A stretch of DNA of 64,000 nucleotides from Patescibacteria group bacterium. Lineage in GTDB: Bacteria; Patescibacteriota; UBA1384; DATEAH01. Below are positions 1-8,920 of this stretch, piece after piece; positions within the stretch are counted from its first letter, which is position 1, and each line of letters begins with the position of its first letter. The notes beneath the pieces are model-generated. The model worked only from the letters and a program-made list of their open reading frames with translations, was not told the DNA's origin and made no database searches. The DNA lies in the NCBI GenBank assembly GCA_035288465.1, contig DATEAH010000001.1, positions 4,739 to 68,738 of the forward strand, written 5' to 3'. The translations under genes were made by a program, and so were the position numbers.

Positions 1-1
1 T

Positions 2-199
2 GAAGGTGGAAAAAAAATTGATGTTTCTTTAGTGCCTAATTTGCATAAAGGTGATTATATTTTAGTTCATGCCGATTTAGGAATTAACAAATTAGAAAAA
101 GAGGAGGCTTTAAAAATTATCGCCCTGTCAGCCGAATGCCATCATCAACATCCTGAAAATCATATCGCTGCAGGAGGTGTTGTTCATGCAAGAGAATAG
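2..199 (+). CDS. hypC: Hydrogenase maturation factor HypC/HupF, C-terminal part (N-terminus lies off the window)
   Basis: Frame-2 translation ...GDYILVHADLGINKLEKEEALKII... matches the conserved HypC C-terminal motif (vGdyVLVHvGFAi..id.eeA). Stop TAG at 197-199. Sits next to the hydrogenase operon. Confidence 0.55.
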   Translation, partial: EGGKKIDVSLVPNLHKGDYILVHADLGINKLEKEEALKIIALSAECHHQHPENHIAAGGVVHARE

Positions 200-938
200 G
201 ATTCCTAATCTTTCGGTTGGCGCCGTGCGAGGATTGGCGAGAGCGAATTTGGGCGGTCCAAATTGTAGCCCGGCAGGTGATTTGAGACCATTGCTAAAAC
301 AAACACGCTCAATGTCGTTAAAGGAAATTGCTGTTCTTTTTGGTGAAATGGGACCAGATACATTTTTGGCAAGCTATGCGGTTCAGAACAATAAATATTC
401 CTTACGGAGTGCTGATATTGCCGAGGCGTATTGTTTTGATCATATGTCGATGGTTCAAGCTGCTGAGAAAATATTTTTTGAACGGGGTTTCGAGGATGAT
501 TACTTTCGTCAAATGCGTGAAAATCGCTTTGTGGTTACACCTGAGAATTTGCCCGAATATCTTTTTTCTTGTCTTGGTAAAATTGGTAAAATTGTCGAAA
601 GAGGAAGAAATTGGGTGATGATAGATTATTTTTATTTTGATCATGGTTCTTTCGGAAGAAACACTATCGAAAGGGACATTGCTATTTCGTTATATGGCGT
701 GGTATTACCTGATGATGCTTGTGAAGGTGATTATGTGGCAGTTCATTTTGCTTCTGCATTCTTGTGCAACCTGGAATTTCCACGAAGCATCTCATCCGGA
801 CAAGTCACAGATAATAACCTTCTTAAACTATTGAAAACATTATCAAGGGGCAAAAAAACAGTTAAGATTGATTATCATAATGTATTTAGTCGGGATCTGA
901 CTGAATGGACGCAAAAAAGATTATCGCCAAAATCGTGA
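177..938 (+). CDS. Hypothetical protein, 253 aa, no recognisable family
   Basis: Long ORF with GC somewhat above the local average. Overlaps the hypC end in another frame. True start uncertain. Confidence 0.35.
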   Translation: MLFMQENRIPNLSVGAVRGLARANLGGPNCSPAGDLRPLLKQTRSMSLKEIAVLFGEMGPDTFLASYAVQNNKYSLRSADIAEAYCFDHMSMVQAAEKIFFERGFEDDYFRQMRENRFVVTPENLPEYLFSCLGKIGKIVERGRNWVMIDYFYFDHGSFGRNTIERDIAISLYGVVLPDDACEGDYVAVHFASAFLCNLEFPRSISSGQVTDNNLLKLLKTLSRGKKTVKIDYHNVFSRDLTEWTQKRLSPKS

Positions 939-939
939 T

Positions 940-1087
940 CAAATTCTTCGCCTGTAATTTTAAGGGGTAAATCGCAGGCGATTTTTTTATTGCATCGCTT
1001 GCAAGGCGAAGCCGCAGCCCCGAAGGGGTAGTGCAAGCACGTAACAAGGTTCTCGAGCGAAGCGAGGGGTTCTTATTTTATAATTAT
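940..1087. repeat. GC-rich palindromic intergenic element between convergent genes
   Basis: Contains cgcttgcaaggcgaagccgcagccccgaagggg...gtgcaagcacg and the palindrome ctcgagcgaagcgag. Shares GAGCGAAGC-type words with the elements at 17086-17270 and 59881-60000. Confidence 0.3.
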
Positions 1088-2350
1088 TTAGTGTGCCGAA
1101 CAAGTCAAGCACGGATCATAGGCGCGGATTAAAGTTTCAATTTGGGCTTTAATTTCTTCGGGTTTAGCGTTGGATTTAGATTTTTTAATATCTGCCACTA
1201 AAATTTCGACATCTTTCTCAATGTTGGTTAGCATTTGGTTGGTGGGAGTAATAATATCAGCTTTGGCAATTTTACCATTGGCGCCGACTTCATAATAATG
1301 ATAAAGAGTGCCGCGGGGAGCTTCAATAGCAGCAACCCCATGTGATTCGCGGGTTTTGTATGGTTCGGGTTCAATATTTAATTTCTTTTTTTGCAAAATT
1401 GAGGTGAGCTTAATAGCTTCTTCAATTAAGTGTAAAATTTCAATCGTTTGGGCTAAGATGTTGTCAAAAGTATTGAAACTGCCAATTTGAAAATCAAGAG
1501 CATCTAATTTAGCTCGAGCTTGAGGATTTAAGAATTGATAGCCTAAATTCAAACGAGCAATCGCCCCGGTCATGACCGGATTTTTCCGCCAATAAGCTAA
1601 TTTGGCTTTGGAATTTTTGAAAATTTCTTCGGTAAACTCCGATTGGTATGAATTTGCATCAAAATCAATATTTTTATTTGAGGTGACGGGTCCGTCGTAA
1701 ACCTCATATTCATCTTTAGATTTTAAAGCTAAATATTGAGTTGGATTTTTTATAATCGGAAATTTTATTTTCGAAAAAAGATCAATCGTATATTTGGCAT
1801 CATCGACAACATTTTCGAGATCAAATTGAAGTTCAGAAAGCTGATGATGGGTGACAGATTTGGAAAAACCATCAATAACGGGGTTTACAGGGTGAATTGA
1901 GCGACCGCCAACGGTTTCTAAAATTTTATCCGCCATCCTTTTTAGGTTAATCGCAATGTGAAATTCGTCAGGATATGAATTGGCAAGAATTTGGCCAGCC
2001 TTTAAATTTAAATAATCTGGCAAAACCAAAAAATATAAATGCAGATTATGACTTTGAATAATTTGTGCCACAATAAGTAATTTGCGCAAAAGCACTGTGG
2101 TTTCAGTAGGTTCAATTTTAAAAATTTTCTCCATCGCTTTAATGGCAGCTAAATGATGAGCAGTTGGACAAACACCGCAAATACGAGCTACCAAAAAAGG
2201 AATTTCTTCTGGAGTTCGGCCCAAGACCAACTGTTCAAAAAGCCGTTCGCCTTCAGCAACTTCAAAATTAGCTTTGTTTTTAGCAAAATCAAAATACAAC
2301 AAGCCGTGACCTTCAATTTTAGTGATATATTCAGAATATATAGGTTTCAT
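1088..2350 (-). CDS. hydA: [NiFe]-hydrogenase large (alpha) subunit, group 3b-like
   Basis: N-terminal RICGVCPTAHH (RxCGxC) and C-terminal DPCLTCSAH (DPCxxCxxH) Ni-Fe ligand motifs. 420 aa. Confidence 0.9.
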   Translation of the reverse strand: MKPIYSEYITKIEGHGLLYFDFAKNKANFEVAEGERLFEQLVLGRTPEEIPFLVARICGVCPTAHHLAAIKAMEKIFKIEPTETTVLLRKLLIVAQIIQSHNLHLYFLVLPDYLNLKAGQILANSYPDEFHIAINLKRMADKILETVGGRSIHPVNPVIDGFSKSVTHHQLSELQFDLENVVDDAKYTIDLFSKIKFPIIKNPTQYLALKSKDEYEVYDGPVTSNKNIDFDANSYQSEFTEEIFKNSKAKLAYWRKNPVMTGAIARLNLGYQFLNPQARAKLDALDFQIGSFNTFDNILAQTIEILHLIEEAIKLTSILQKKKLNIEPEPYKTRESHGVAAIEAPRGTLYHYYEVGANGKIAKADIITPTNQMLTNIEKDVEILVADIKKSKSNAKPEEIKAQIETLIRAYDPCLTCSAH

Positions 2351-2362
2351 TTGCCCCCTTGA

Positions 2363-3160
2363 TTAAATATTCCTCCAAACCGTATTGAATTGATTTTTAA
2401 TTTCTACGTCGGTGAGCCCAATTTTTTTAAGGCGATTTTTTTCCGCCTCAAAATTTGCATCATCTATAGGACCCAAACAACCGAAGCAAGAGGCGCCGTG
2501 AGATGGGCAAACAGCATTACAACCGGCGGCAGTGATTGGTCCTAAACATGGTTTGCCTTTTAAGAGTAAGCATTGATTTTGTCTGGCACGGCAGGGGAGA
2601 CAAACCGGATATTTTTTATTGGTGAATATTTTTCCAGTAATCGCGTCTGTAAATAATTTCTCTAAATCTGAAAAATTTACTGGACAGCCCCAAATCACCC
2701 CATCGATTTTAATATAATCTGAAATAGGTTTTGCGGGCAAGGAATCATATTTTAGGCCAGGATAAACTTTGGCAAAAGCCGAGGCTCTTTTTTGAGGATC
2801 TAATAAGGCGGGTATGCCGCCAGAACAAGCGCAAGTGCCTAAGGCAATCGCATTTTTAGCATGCTTTCGGATTGTTTTTAAAAGTGCAACCTCCTCATTT
2901 TTAATGGGCGTACCTTCAATTAAAGCAAAATCCATCTCTTCCCATTCATCATCATTTTGAGATAGGTTCCAAGCAGGGGTACCCTCCACGACCGCGAGAT
3001 TAACTTCACCCCATTTTTTATTATCTTGCGCTAAGCGCCAATTAATAATTTGAATTTTTTCTAATAAATCTGAAAACTTTTCTCGAAAATTAAGCATTTC
3101 TAATTCGCAACCTTCGCAATCAGTTAGATCGAAAATTCCTACCTTAATATTGTTCAGCAT
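2363..3160 (-). CDS. hydD: [NiFe]-hydrogenase small (delta) subunit
   Basis: N-terminal GCEGCELE cysteine motif plus several C-terminal Cys clusters typical of group 3 small subunits. Lies next to the large subunit. Confidence 0.8.
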   Translation of the reverse strand: MLNNIKVGIFDLTDCEGCELEMLNFREKFSDLLEKIQIINWRLAQDNKKWGEVNLAVVEGTPAWNLSQNDDEWEEMDFALIEGTPIKNEEVALLKTIRKHAKNAIALGTCACSGGIPALLDPQKRASAFAKVYPGLKYDSLPAKPISDYIKIDGVIWGCPVNFSDLEKLFTDAITGKIFTNKKYPVCLPCRARQNQCLLLKGKPCLGPITAAGCNAVCPSHGASCFGCLGPIDDANFEAEKNRLKKIGLTDVEIKNQFNTVWRNI

Positions 3161-3192
3161 TTAAACCTCAAAAGATTATTAAATAAATTACC

Positions 3193-4002
3193 CTAAAAAT
3201 CATTCGCGATTTCGCTATATTGAAAAACTGGTCCATCTAAACAAGTATACTTTTTGCCCAGGGTGCAGTGTTGACACTTACCTACCCCGCATTTCATTTT
3301 CGCTTCCATGGAAACTAAAATTTGCTCAGGTTTTATATCTAATTTTGCTAAAGCCTCAGCGTTGTTTTGATACATTAGGACTGGTCCGCACATTACTACC
3401 GCGGTGTTTTGAGGGTTGACTTTGATTTGGTCGCGATGGCATAATCCAGTCACAAAACCAGTCTTGCCTTCCCAGTTAGCATCTTTTTCTTCAACGCAAA
3501 GTTCTATATTTATTTTTTTCTGCCATTTTGTATAATGATTTCGAAATAGTAGCTGCGAAGTGGTTTTTGCACCGTATAATAAATAAATTTGATTAAAACT
3601 GCGTCGATTTCTGAGTAAAAACTCAATTAATGATGCTAAGGGTGCAATTCCCATACCGCCAGCGACTAATATCAAGTCTTTTTTGGATAATTTTTTGAGC
3701 GGAAAGCCATTGCCGAATGGTCCACGAATATCAACAAAATCATATTTTTGAAGTTTTTCTAAAGCGGTGGTGACGATCCCAACCCTTCGAATTGATAGTT
3801 GGAATTGGTTAGATTTTGCCGGGTCCGAGCAGGGAGCAAAAGGCGCTTCGCCAAAACCTGGCAGGCTTAACATGACAAATTGACCGGGAATAAAGCTAAA
3901 ACCTGGCAGATTGAAAGTATAAAGATTAATTCCCTCTGCTTGTTTTTTGATGGAAATTAATTTGGCCCTATTGCCTAAATATTGATTGGTAATTTTTTTC
4001 AT
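3193..4002 (-). CDS. hydG: Hydrogenase gamma subunit (FAD/NAD(P)-binding oxidoreductase with 2Fe-2S cluster)
   Basis: Ferredoxin-NADP reductase-like fold (GGMGIAP). C-terminal CGVGKCQHC ... C 2Fe-2S motif typical of sulfhydrogenase gamma subunits. Confidence 0.75.
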   Translation of the reverse strand: MKKITNQYLGNRAKLISIKKQAEGINLYTFNLPGFSFIPGQFVMLSLPGFGEAPFAPCSDPAKSNQFQLSIRRVGIVTTALEKLQKYDFVDIRGPFGNGFPLKKLSKKDLILVAGGMGIAPLASLIEFLLRNRRSFNQIYLLYGAKTTSQLLFRNHYTKWQKKINIELCVEEKDANWEGKTGFVTGLCHRDQIKVNPQNTAVVMCGPVLMYQNNAEALAKLDIKPEQILVSMEAKMKCGVGKCQHCTLGKKYTCLDGPVFQYSEIANDF

Positions 4003-4003
4003 T

Positions 4004-5020
4004 TTAACTCGCAGGTTTTCTGCTATTTTTAATTAATTCTTCTAAGACTTCTCGAAAATTAATTTTGGCTGGGCATTGGGCAAGGCATCTGCCACAACCA
4101 ACACAACCTGGATGGTCATATTCTTCGGGCATTCTCACAAATTTATGATGATACCAATTATAAATCCGATCGCGCAATTTCGGTTTGGTGCAATTCTTGT
4201 TGGCAATTGTCCAAAAATCCGCTAAAAAACAAGCATCCCAACGACGATATCGGCATTTTTGGCGGTTATCAAGGCCGATCTCGTCTGAAGTTTCAAAACA
4301 ATAGCATAATGGGCAGACATATGAACAAACTCCGCAGCCAAGGCAGATTTTGGCAAGTTTGTCCCAGACTTGGCTGTCTTTATTTTCTTCGATGATTTTG
4401 GCGGTTTTGGGAGAAAAGACAAAATCTGGTTCGAAATCTTTGACTCGTTTAATTTTCCAACTCGAATCTTCAAAAAAGGGCAATTCAACTAATTTCTCGC
4501 CAATTTTTGAACCGACAGTAACGATAAAAAAACCTTTCATTTGACTTAAAAATAAATCAAAACCACCTTTTAATTCAAAAGGGAAATAGTGGTCGAAATG
4601 AAGCGGAGTGCGTTGATTTTCGATGCCGATAATAATCGTTCTTTGGCGGCGGGAAAGATAATAAAAATCTTCAGTAGGTTTAGACATGACTTTATCTAAA
4701 ATATTGATTGCCTGAATATCATAATCATGAACGCCAAACAACACTTGAGTAGGTAATTGGTCGATGGTGGCGCGATTTTTGGGTTTTGTGAAATCTAGCA
4801 TTAACTCTTTGGGTGGCATTAGGGCGATTTTATTTGGTGGCAACATCGTGGTGGGGTAATCTAAGGCGATTTTGGGGATTTGCGAAGGTCGACCATAGTG
4901 AGGATTTATCAATTCAAACACAAATTGAGCCTCTTTTTTAATAGGGGCAATTACTAAATATTTTTTTTCGAGCCAATCTAATAATTTTGGCACCTGAGAA
5001 CGCCGAATAATCTTAGCCAA
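4004..5020 (-). CDS. hydB: Hydrogenase beta subunit (4Fe-4S ferredoxin-type)
   Basis: Two CxxCxxCxxxCP motifs (CLGCGVCSYVCP, CVGCGRCLAQCP). First gene of the four-gene minus-strand operon. Confidence 0.75.
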   Translation of the reverse strand: MAKIIRRSQVPKLLDWLEKKYLVIAPIKKEAQFVFELINPHYGRPSQIPKIALDYPTTMLPPNKIALMPPKELMLDFTKPKNRATIDQLPTQVLFGVHDYDIQAINILDKVMSKPTEDFYYLSRRQRTIIIGIENQRTPLHFDHYFPFELKGGFDLFLSQMKGFFIVTVGSKIGEKLVELPFFEDSSWKIKRVKDFEPDFVFSPKTAKIIEENKDSQVWDKLAKICLGCGVCSYVCPLCYCFETSDEIGLDNRQKCRYRRWDACFLADFWTIANKNCTKPKLRDRIYNWYHHKFVRMPEEYDHPGCVGCGRCLAQCPAKINFREVLEELIKNSRKPAS

Positions 5021-5312
5021 CCCACTCCTTATCCCGCCAGGGCGGGGAATTTCTAAATACTAAGCACTAAATCCTAATCAAATTCAAATTTTTAAATTCT
5101 AATAATCCAAACAAATTTAGAAATTAAAATTTAATATTTAGATATTGTTTAGAGTTTAGAAATTAGGATTTAGGATTTTTTACCTATCCTTATTATATCA
5201 GAAAAAATCTTTGAGTAAAAAGAAAAGAGACCGATTTATATACCGCTGCCCCAAAGGGGCATTGTTGGGAGTGAACCCAACAGGTCTCGCGGTTTGGATC
5301 TGGGTGTAGGTG

Positions 5313-5744
5313 TTAGTCGAAGAAATCGAGCGTCCAACTGTCAGTAGACCACTGTTTCGTGATCGTTACAGACGCTCGGGTCAGTCTTGCTGTGCCGTTC
5401 CATACTCTTTCGAATTCCCCTGTCCGCAGATCGTCAGAACCCGACGGTTTTTCGACCGTGCACCAGCCGGAGTAAACCGTAAGGTTGAGAGTGGCTTCTT
5501 CACCAGTCGACTCATCCCGTAAAGCCATCCGGACATCTCTCTTGGTCCGGGCGATTGGAGTAGGGGCCTCCCTTATAATGATGGAGCTGGAGGTTTCTTG
5601 CTCGACCCCTCCCCAATCTATACGGAAAATATTGAGGAGTGGAAGAAGCGGCCAGTCGGGGAGATGAATGCAGATCATCTCCGATGCCACCTCAAGTGCG
5701 ATCCTGTAGCCCAACGGAAACGGTCGGAGTGACATTTGATACAC
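5313..5744 (-). CDS. Hypothetical ORF inside a high-GC island; could instead be a non-coding structured region
   Basis: 143-aa ORF. 5230-5760 is about 55% GC against about 35% around it. No family recognised. ORFs are present on both strands. Confidence 0.2.
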   Translation of the reverse strand: MYQMSLRPFPLGYRIALEVASEMICIHLPDWPLLPLLNIFRIDWGGVEQETSSSIIIREAPTPIARTKRDVRMALRDESTGEEATLNLTVYSGWCTVEKPSGSDDLRTGEFERVWNGTARLTRASVTITKQWSTDSWTLDFFD

Positions 5745-6000
5745 CTCGCATAGTGCGAGATAGGTACGCTAAAGCGTACCATTCACCATAGTGGTGAAGT
5801 AGCTTTATTATAGCATATAATATATATTTTGTCAATATTATTTACAATTTTCTACGAAATACAAAAATCAATACAAAAATACAAAAATTAAGGAGAATAA
5901 AAAAAGCTGCTGGTAAGAATGATGAAAATAATGGAATTATTTTGCTTATACCAGCAGACGGGATTAATGGAATTCGATAAAAAGCTTAAATAATGAGATC

Positions 6001-6444
6001 TTAGGATCCTTTTTTGTTATGGAAAGCTTCTATCATTCGAGCGGTTTCTTGTCCTTTTTGGATCTCAATTAAATTCCTTTGGGCTTTATCAACTTTCTGT
6101 GTAATCAATTCGAGACGATGATGCAATTCTGCGAGAGATTGTACGTGTTGTGGTTCAAGGATTTCAAGAATTCCCAGAATCAATTCCCAAATTATCTGTT
6201 GTTCGCGTTCTTCGGGAGTGGATGTTGGGAAGGTGTGAAGGGTTGTTCGAGTCATCAATGATTTTGCAAGATTGACCATCTCATGCCAGGTGTAAATCGG
6301 TTTGGTTTTTGGAATATCACAAATGCTTCGAGGTGCGTTTCTTGATCGTCTAATTCCGGGAGTTCCAATACCTGTCGATTGTAAAGTTCGAATATCCTGG
6401 AGAAGATTGGCTCTTCGTTTTCTTGCTTTTTCCGGGATTCTCAA
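6001..6444 (-). CDS. Hypothetical protein, 147 aa, Arg-rich N-terminus and coiled-coil C-terminus
   Basis: ORF with about 42% GC. Hairpin downstream of its stop (gctgctggtaagaa...cttataccagcagac, 5885-5960). Divergent from pgk. Confidence 0.4.
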   Translation of the reverse strand: MRIPEKARKRRANLLQDIRTLQSTGIGTPGIRRSRNAPRSICDIPKTKPIYTWHEMVNLAKSLMTRTTLHTFPTSTPEEREQQIIWELILGILEILEPQHVQSLAELHHRLELITQKVDKAQRNLIEIQKGQETARMIEAFHNKKGS

Positions 6445-6567
6445 GGTATAGTCCCCCTTTTTCGGGTCGCAGTAGCCATAAAACTAAAATTAGTATATCA
6501 TAGGTGTCCTTAATGTCAATATTTTGTTTTTTGGTTTCCTATTATATAATGGATTTGAGGTAAAAAA

Positions 6568-7731
6568 ATGAAAACATTACAACAAGTCGATGTTAAGAAT
6601 AAAAAAATATTAATGCGTGTTGATTTTAATGTGCCAATTGAAAATGGAAAAGTCAAAGAAGAATTTCGCTTAAAAGCGGACACGCCAACGATTGATTATT
6701 TAATTAACGAGGGAGCTTCACAAATTATTTTAATTTCACATTTAGGTCGACCAGAAGGCAAAGTTGTCCCAAAATATTCGCTCATGCCAGTGGCTGAGAG
6801 TTTTCAAAAAATTATTGGCGCTAAAGGTGGAATTAAAAAAACCGAAATTGATAGTTTCCCTGCTTTTGAAATATCTCCTAAAATCACCTTATTGGAAAAT
6901 ATCAGATTTTATCCAGAAGAAGAAGCGAGTGACCCGGTTTTTGTCAAAAAATTAGCCCAATTAGGTGATATTTTTGTTTTTGATGCTTTTGGGGCGGCAC
7001 ATCGAGAATCAGCATCGTGTACGGGATTGGCGAAAATTATGCCGTCATTTGCGGGATTTCTGTTGTTGTTGGAATTAGAAAAATTAAATCATTTATTGGT
7101 TGATCCTCCCAAACCCTTTGTTTTGATTTTAGGTGGAGCAAAAATTGCGGATAAGTTGCCGGTGATGAAAAATTTATTTGGCAAAGTTGACACTTTTATG
7201 GTGGGCGGCGCGATCGCAAATACTTTTTTGGCGTCTAAAGAAATTTCAGTCGGAAAATCATTAATTGAACCTGAATTAAAATCTGAGGCGGCGATAATTT
7301 CCAATATGATTTTGGACGATCCCAAAAAAGATATTTTTATCCCACAAGATGTGGTGGTTTCCAAAGACACAAGCAAGGCGAAAGAATTGCGCGATATTGC
7401 CAGAAATGAAGTTAAAAATGATGATTATATAGTTGATCTGGGGATGAAAACTATTGAAATGATTCAGCCGAAAATAGCCGAAGCTGGGACCATTTTTTGG
7501 AACGGAAGTTTGGGAATTTGCGAGGTCCCGGAATTTGCTAAGGGCACCAAATTAGTGGCAGAGATGGCGATAAAAAGTAAAGCTGAAAAAATATTAGCTG
7601 GCGGAGACACAATTTTGGCTGTAAATTCCGCTGGGTTTTTAAATAAATTTGATTTTGTTTCAACAGGTGGTGGTGCGGCTTTAGAATTTTTAGCTGGCAA
7701 AAGACTGCCTGCAGTTGAAATGTTAGAATAG
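6568..7731 (+). CDS. pgk: Phosphoglycerate kinase
   Basis: N-terminus MKTLQQVDVKNKKILMRVDFNVP and overall PGK architecture. 387 aa. Confidence 0.95.
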   Translation: MKTLQQVDVKNKKILMRVDFNVPIENGKVKEEFRLKADTPTIDYLINEGASQIILISHLGRPEGKVVPKYSLMPVAESFQKIIGAKGGIKKTEIDSFPAFEISPKITLLENIRFYPEEEASDPVFVKKLAQLGDIFVFDAFGAAHRESASCTGLAKIMPSFAGFLLLLELEKLNHLLVDPPKPFVLILGGAKIADKLPVMKNLFGKVDTFMVGGAIANTFLASKEISVGKSLIEPELKSEAAIISNMILDDPKKDIFIPQDVVVSKDTSKAKELRDIARNEVKNDDYIVDLGMKTIEMIQPKIAEAGTIFWNGSLGICEVPEFAKGTKLVAEMAIKSKAEKILAGGDTILAVNSAGFLNKFDFVSTGGGAALEFLAGKRLPAVEMLE

Positions 7732-7786
7732 TTCTATTTGACACAATTTATTTTTTTGGTAAAATAACACTATCCTTGTTCAGGAG

Positions 7787-8809
7787 GTGTTGTTGTTGAT
7801 ATACAAAGCTCGTGCACCAGTTCGAATTTGTGATATGGGTGGTTGGACTGACATTGAATTGTGCAAAAAATTAGGTGGCGGTTGTGTGACTTCAATGGCG
7901 GTAAGTTTGTATAGCCAGGTTGCGGTCGAACCTAACGGGTCTGATGGCTTAATGATTATTTCTGAAAATCTCGGTACCAAAGACTATATTGAGGACTATC
8001 GAAGAATTGAATATGATGGAACCCTGAATCTTCTCCGAGCGGCTTTGAAACGAATGGGTATTAACCAAGGTCTAACGGTTCGGATAAAGGCTGATGCACC
8101 GCCAGGTTGTGGAGTTGGGACTTCAGCATCGGTAGCAGTGGCTTTGTTAGGGGCGATTCATTTGATGAGGGGATTACCAATTGATAAGTCAAAAATTGCC
8201 GCCTTGGCGCAAAAATTGGAAACTGAAGAACTTAAACTCTTGTGCGGTGTTCAGGATCAGTGGGCAGCCGCTTTTGGCGGTTGGAATATGATGGAGATTG
8301 ACTATCCCGAGGTTAACCTCACGCCAATTACGCCCCCTGAAGGTTTAATCCCTGAGCTGGAAAGCCGAATGCTTTTGGTTTATTTTGGGCCAAGAAGTTC
8401 TAACAAGCAACATGGTAAGATTTTGAATAATTTTGCTTCTGGTCACGATCGATCAGTACAAGCATTTTCGGAATTAAAGGAAAATGGTCAAAGAATGTAT
8501 CAGGCTCTGCAGAATGGAGATATAAACTTAATTACTTGGGCTATCAACCAAAACTGGAGATCTCAAAATAAATTAGTTCCTCCTGGATGTTACGGGATTA
8601 ATACACGGCAGATTGATTGGGTGAGTGAGGTAGCCTTTGAAAACGGAGCAATTGCTTTTGATACCAATGGTGCTGGCGGCGGCGGATCTGCTATTCTGCT
8701 TGCTGAAGAAGGCAAAGAATATCAACTTGAAAAGGCGTTGAGGGAAAAGGGCATTCAATTATTACCATTTAGGTTCGACTTTACCGGTTTACAGGTCTGG
8801 AAAACATAA
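7787..8809 (+). CDS. GHMP-family sugar kinase (galactokinase/heptose-phosphate kinase-like)
   Basis: GHMP motif PPGCGVGTSASVAVALLGA (PxGSGLGSSAA-like). N-terminal APVRICDMGGWTD. Start is GTG/TTG near 7787-7796. Confidence 0.7.
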   Translation: MLLLIYKARAPVRICDMGGWTDIELCKKLGGGCVTSMAVSLYSQVAVEPNGSDGLMIISENLGTKDYIEDYRRIEYDGTLNLLRAALKRMGINQGLTVRIKADAPPGCGVGTSASVAVALLGAIHLMRGLPIDKSKIAALAQKLETEELKLLCGVQDQWAAAFGGWNMMEIDYPEVNLTPITPPEGLIPELESRMLLVYFGPRSSNKQHGKILNNFASGHDRSVQAFSELKENGQRMYQALQNGDINLITWAINQNWRSQNKLVPPGCYGINTRQIDWVSEVAFENGAIAFDTNGAGGGGSAILLAEEGKEYQLEKALREKGIQLLPFRFDFTGLQVWKT

Positions 8810-8920
8810 TTTAAATTACTTGGGGCTTGGGCTCATTTTTTGGGTCTTAGCCCTTTTTTCTTTTTTGGTCTTGTTTTTGAAGCCGTAAAATGATAAAATA
8901 ATTTAAAAGGAGAAATAAAT

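Noticed and set aside
5230-5760. RNase P RNA, tmRNA or SRP RNA in the GC-rich segment
   Set aside because: I looked for the P4 strands (GGAAAGUCCGG / ACAGAAxCCGGCUUA), the tmRNA 5' GGGGCUGAUU with a 3' tRNA-like TΨC arm and CCA, and the SRP domain IV GGAAGCAGC. None is present on either strand. The segment is left as an unassigned anomaly.
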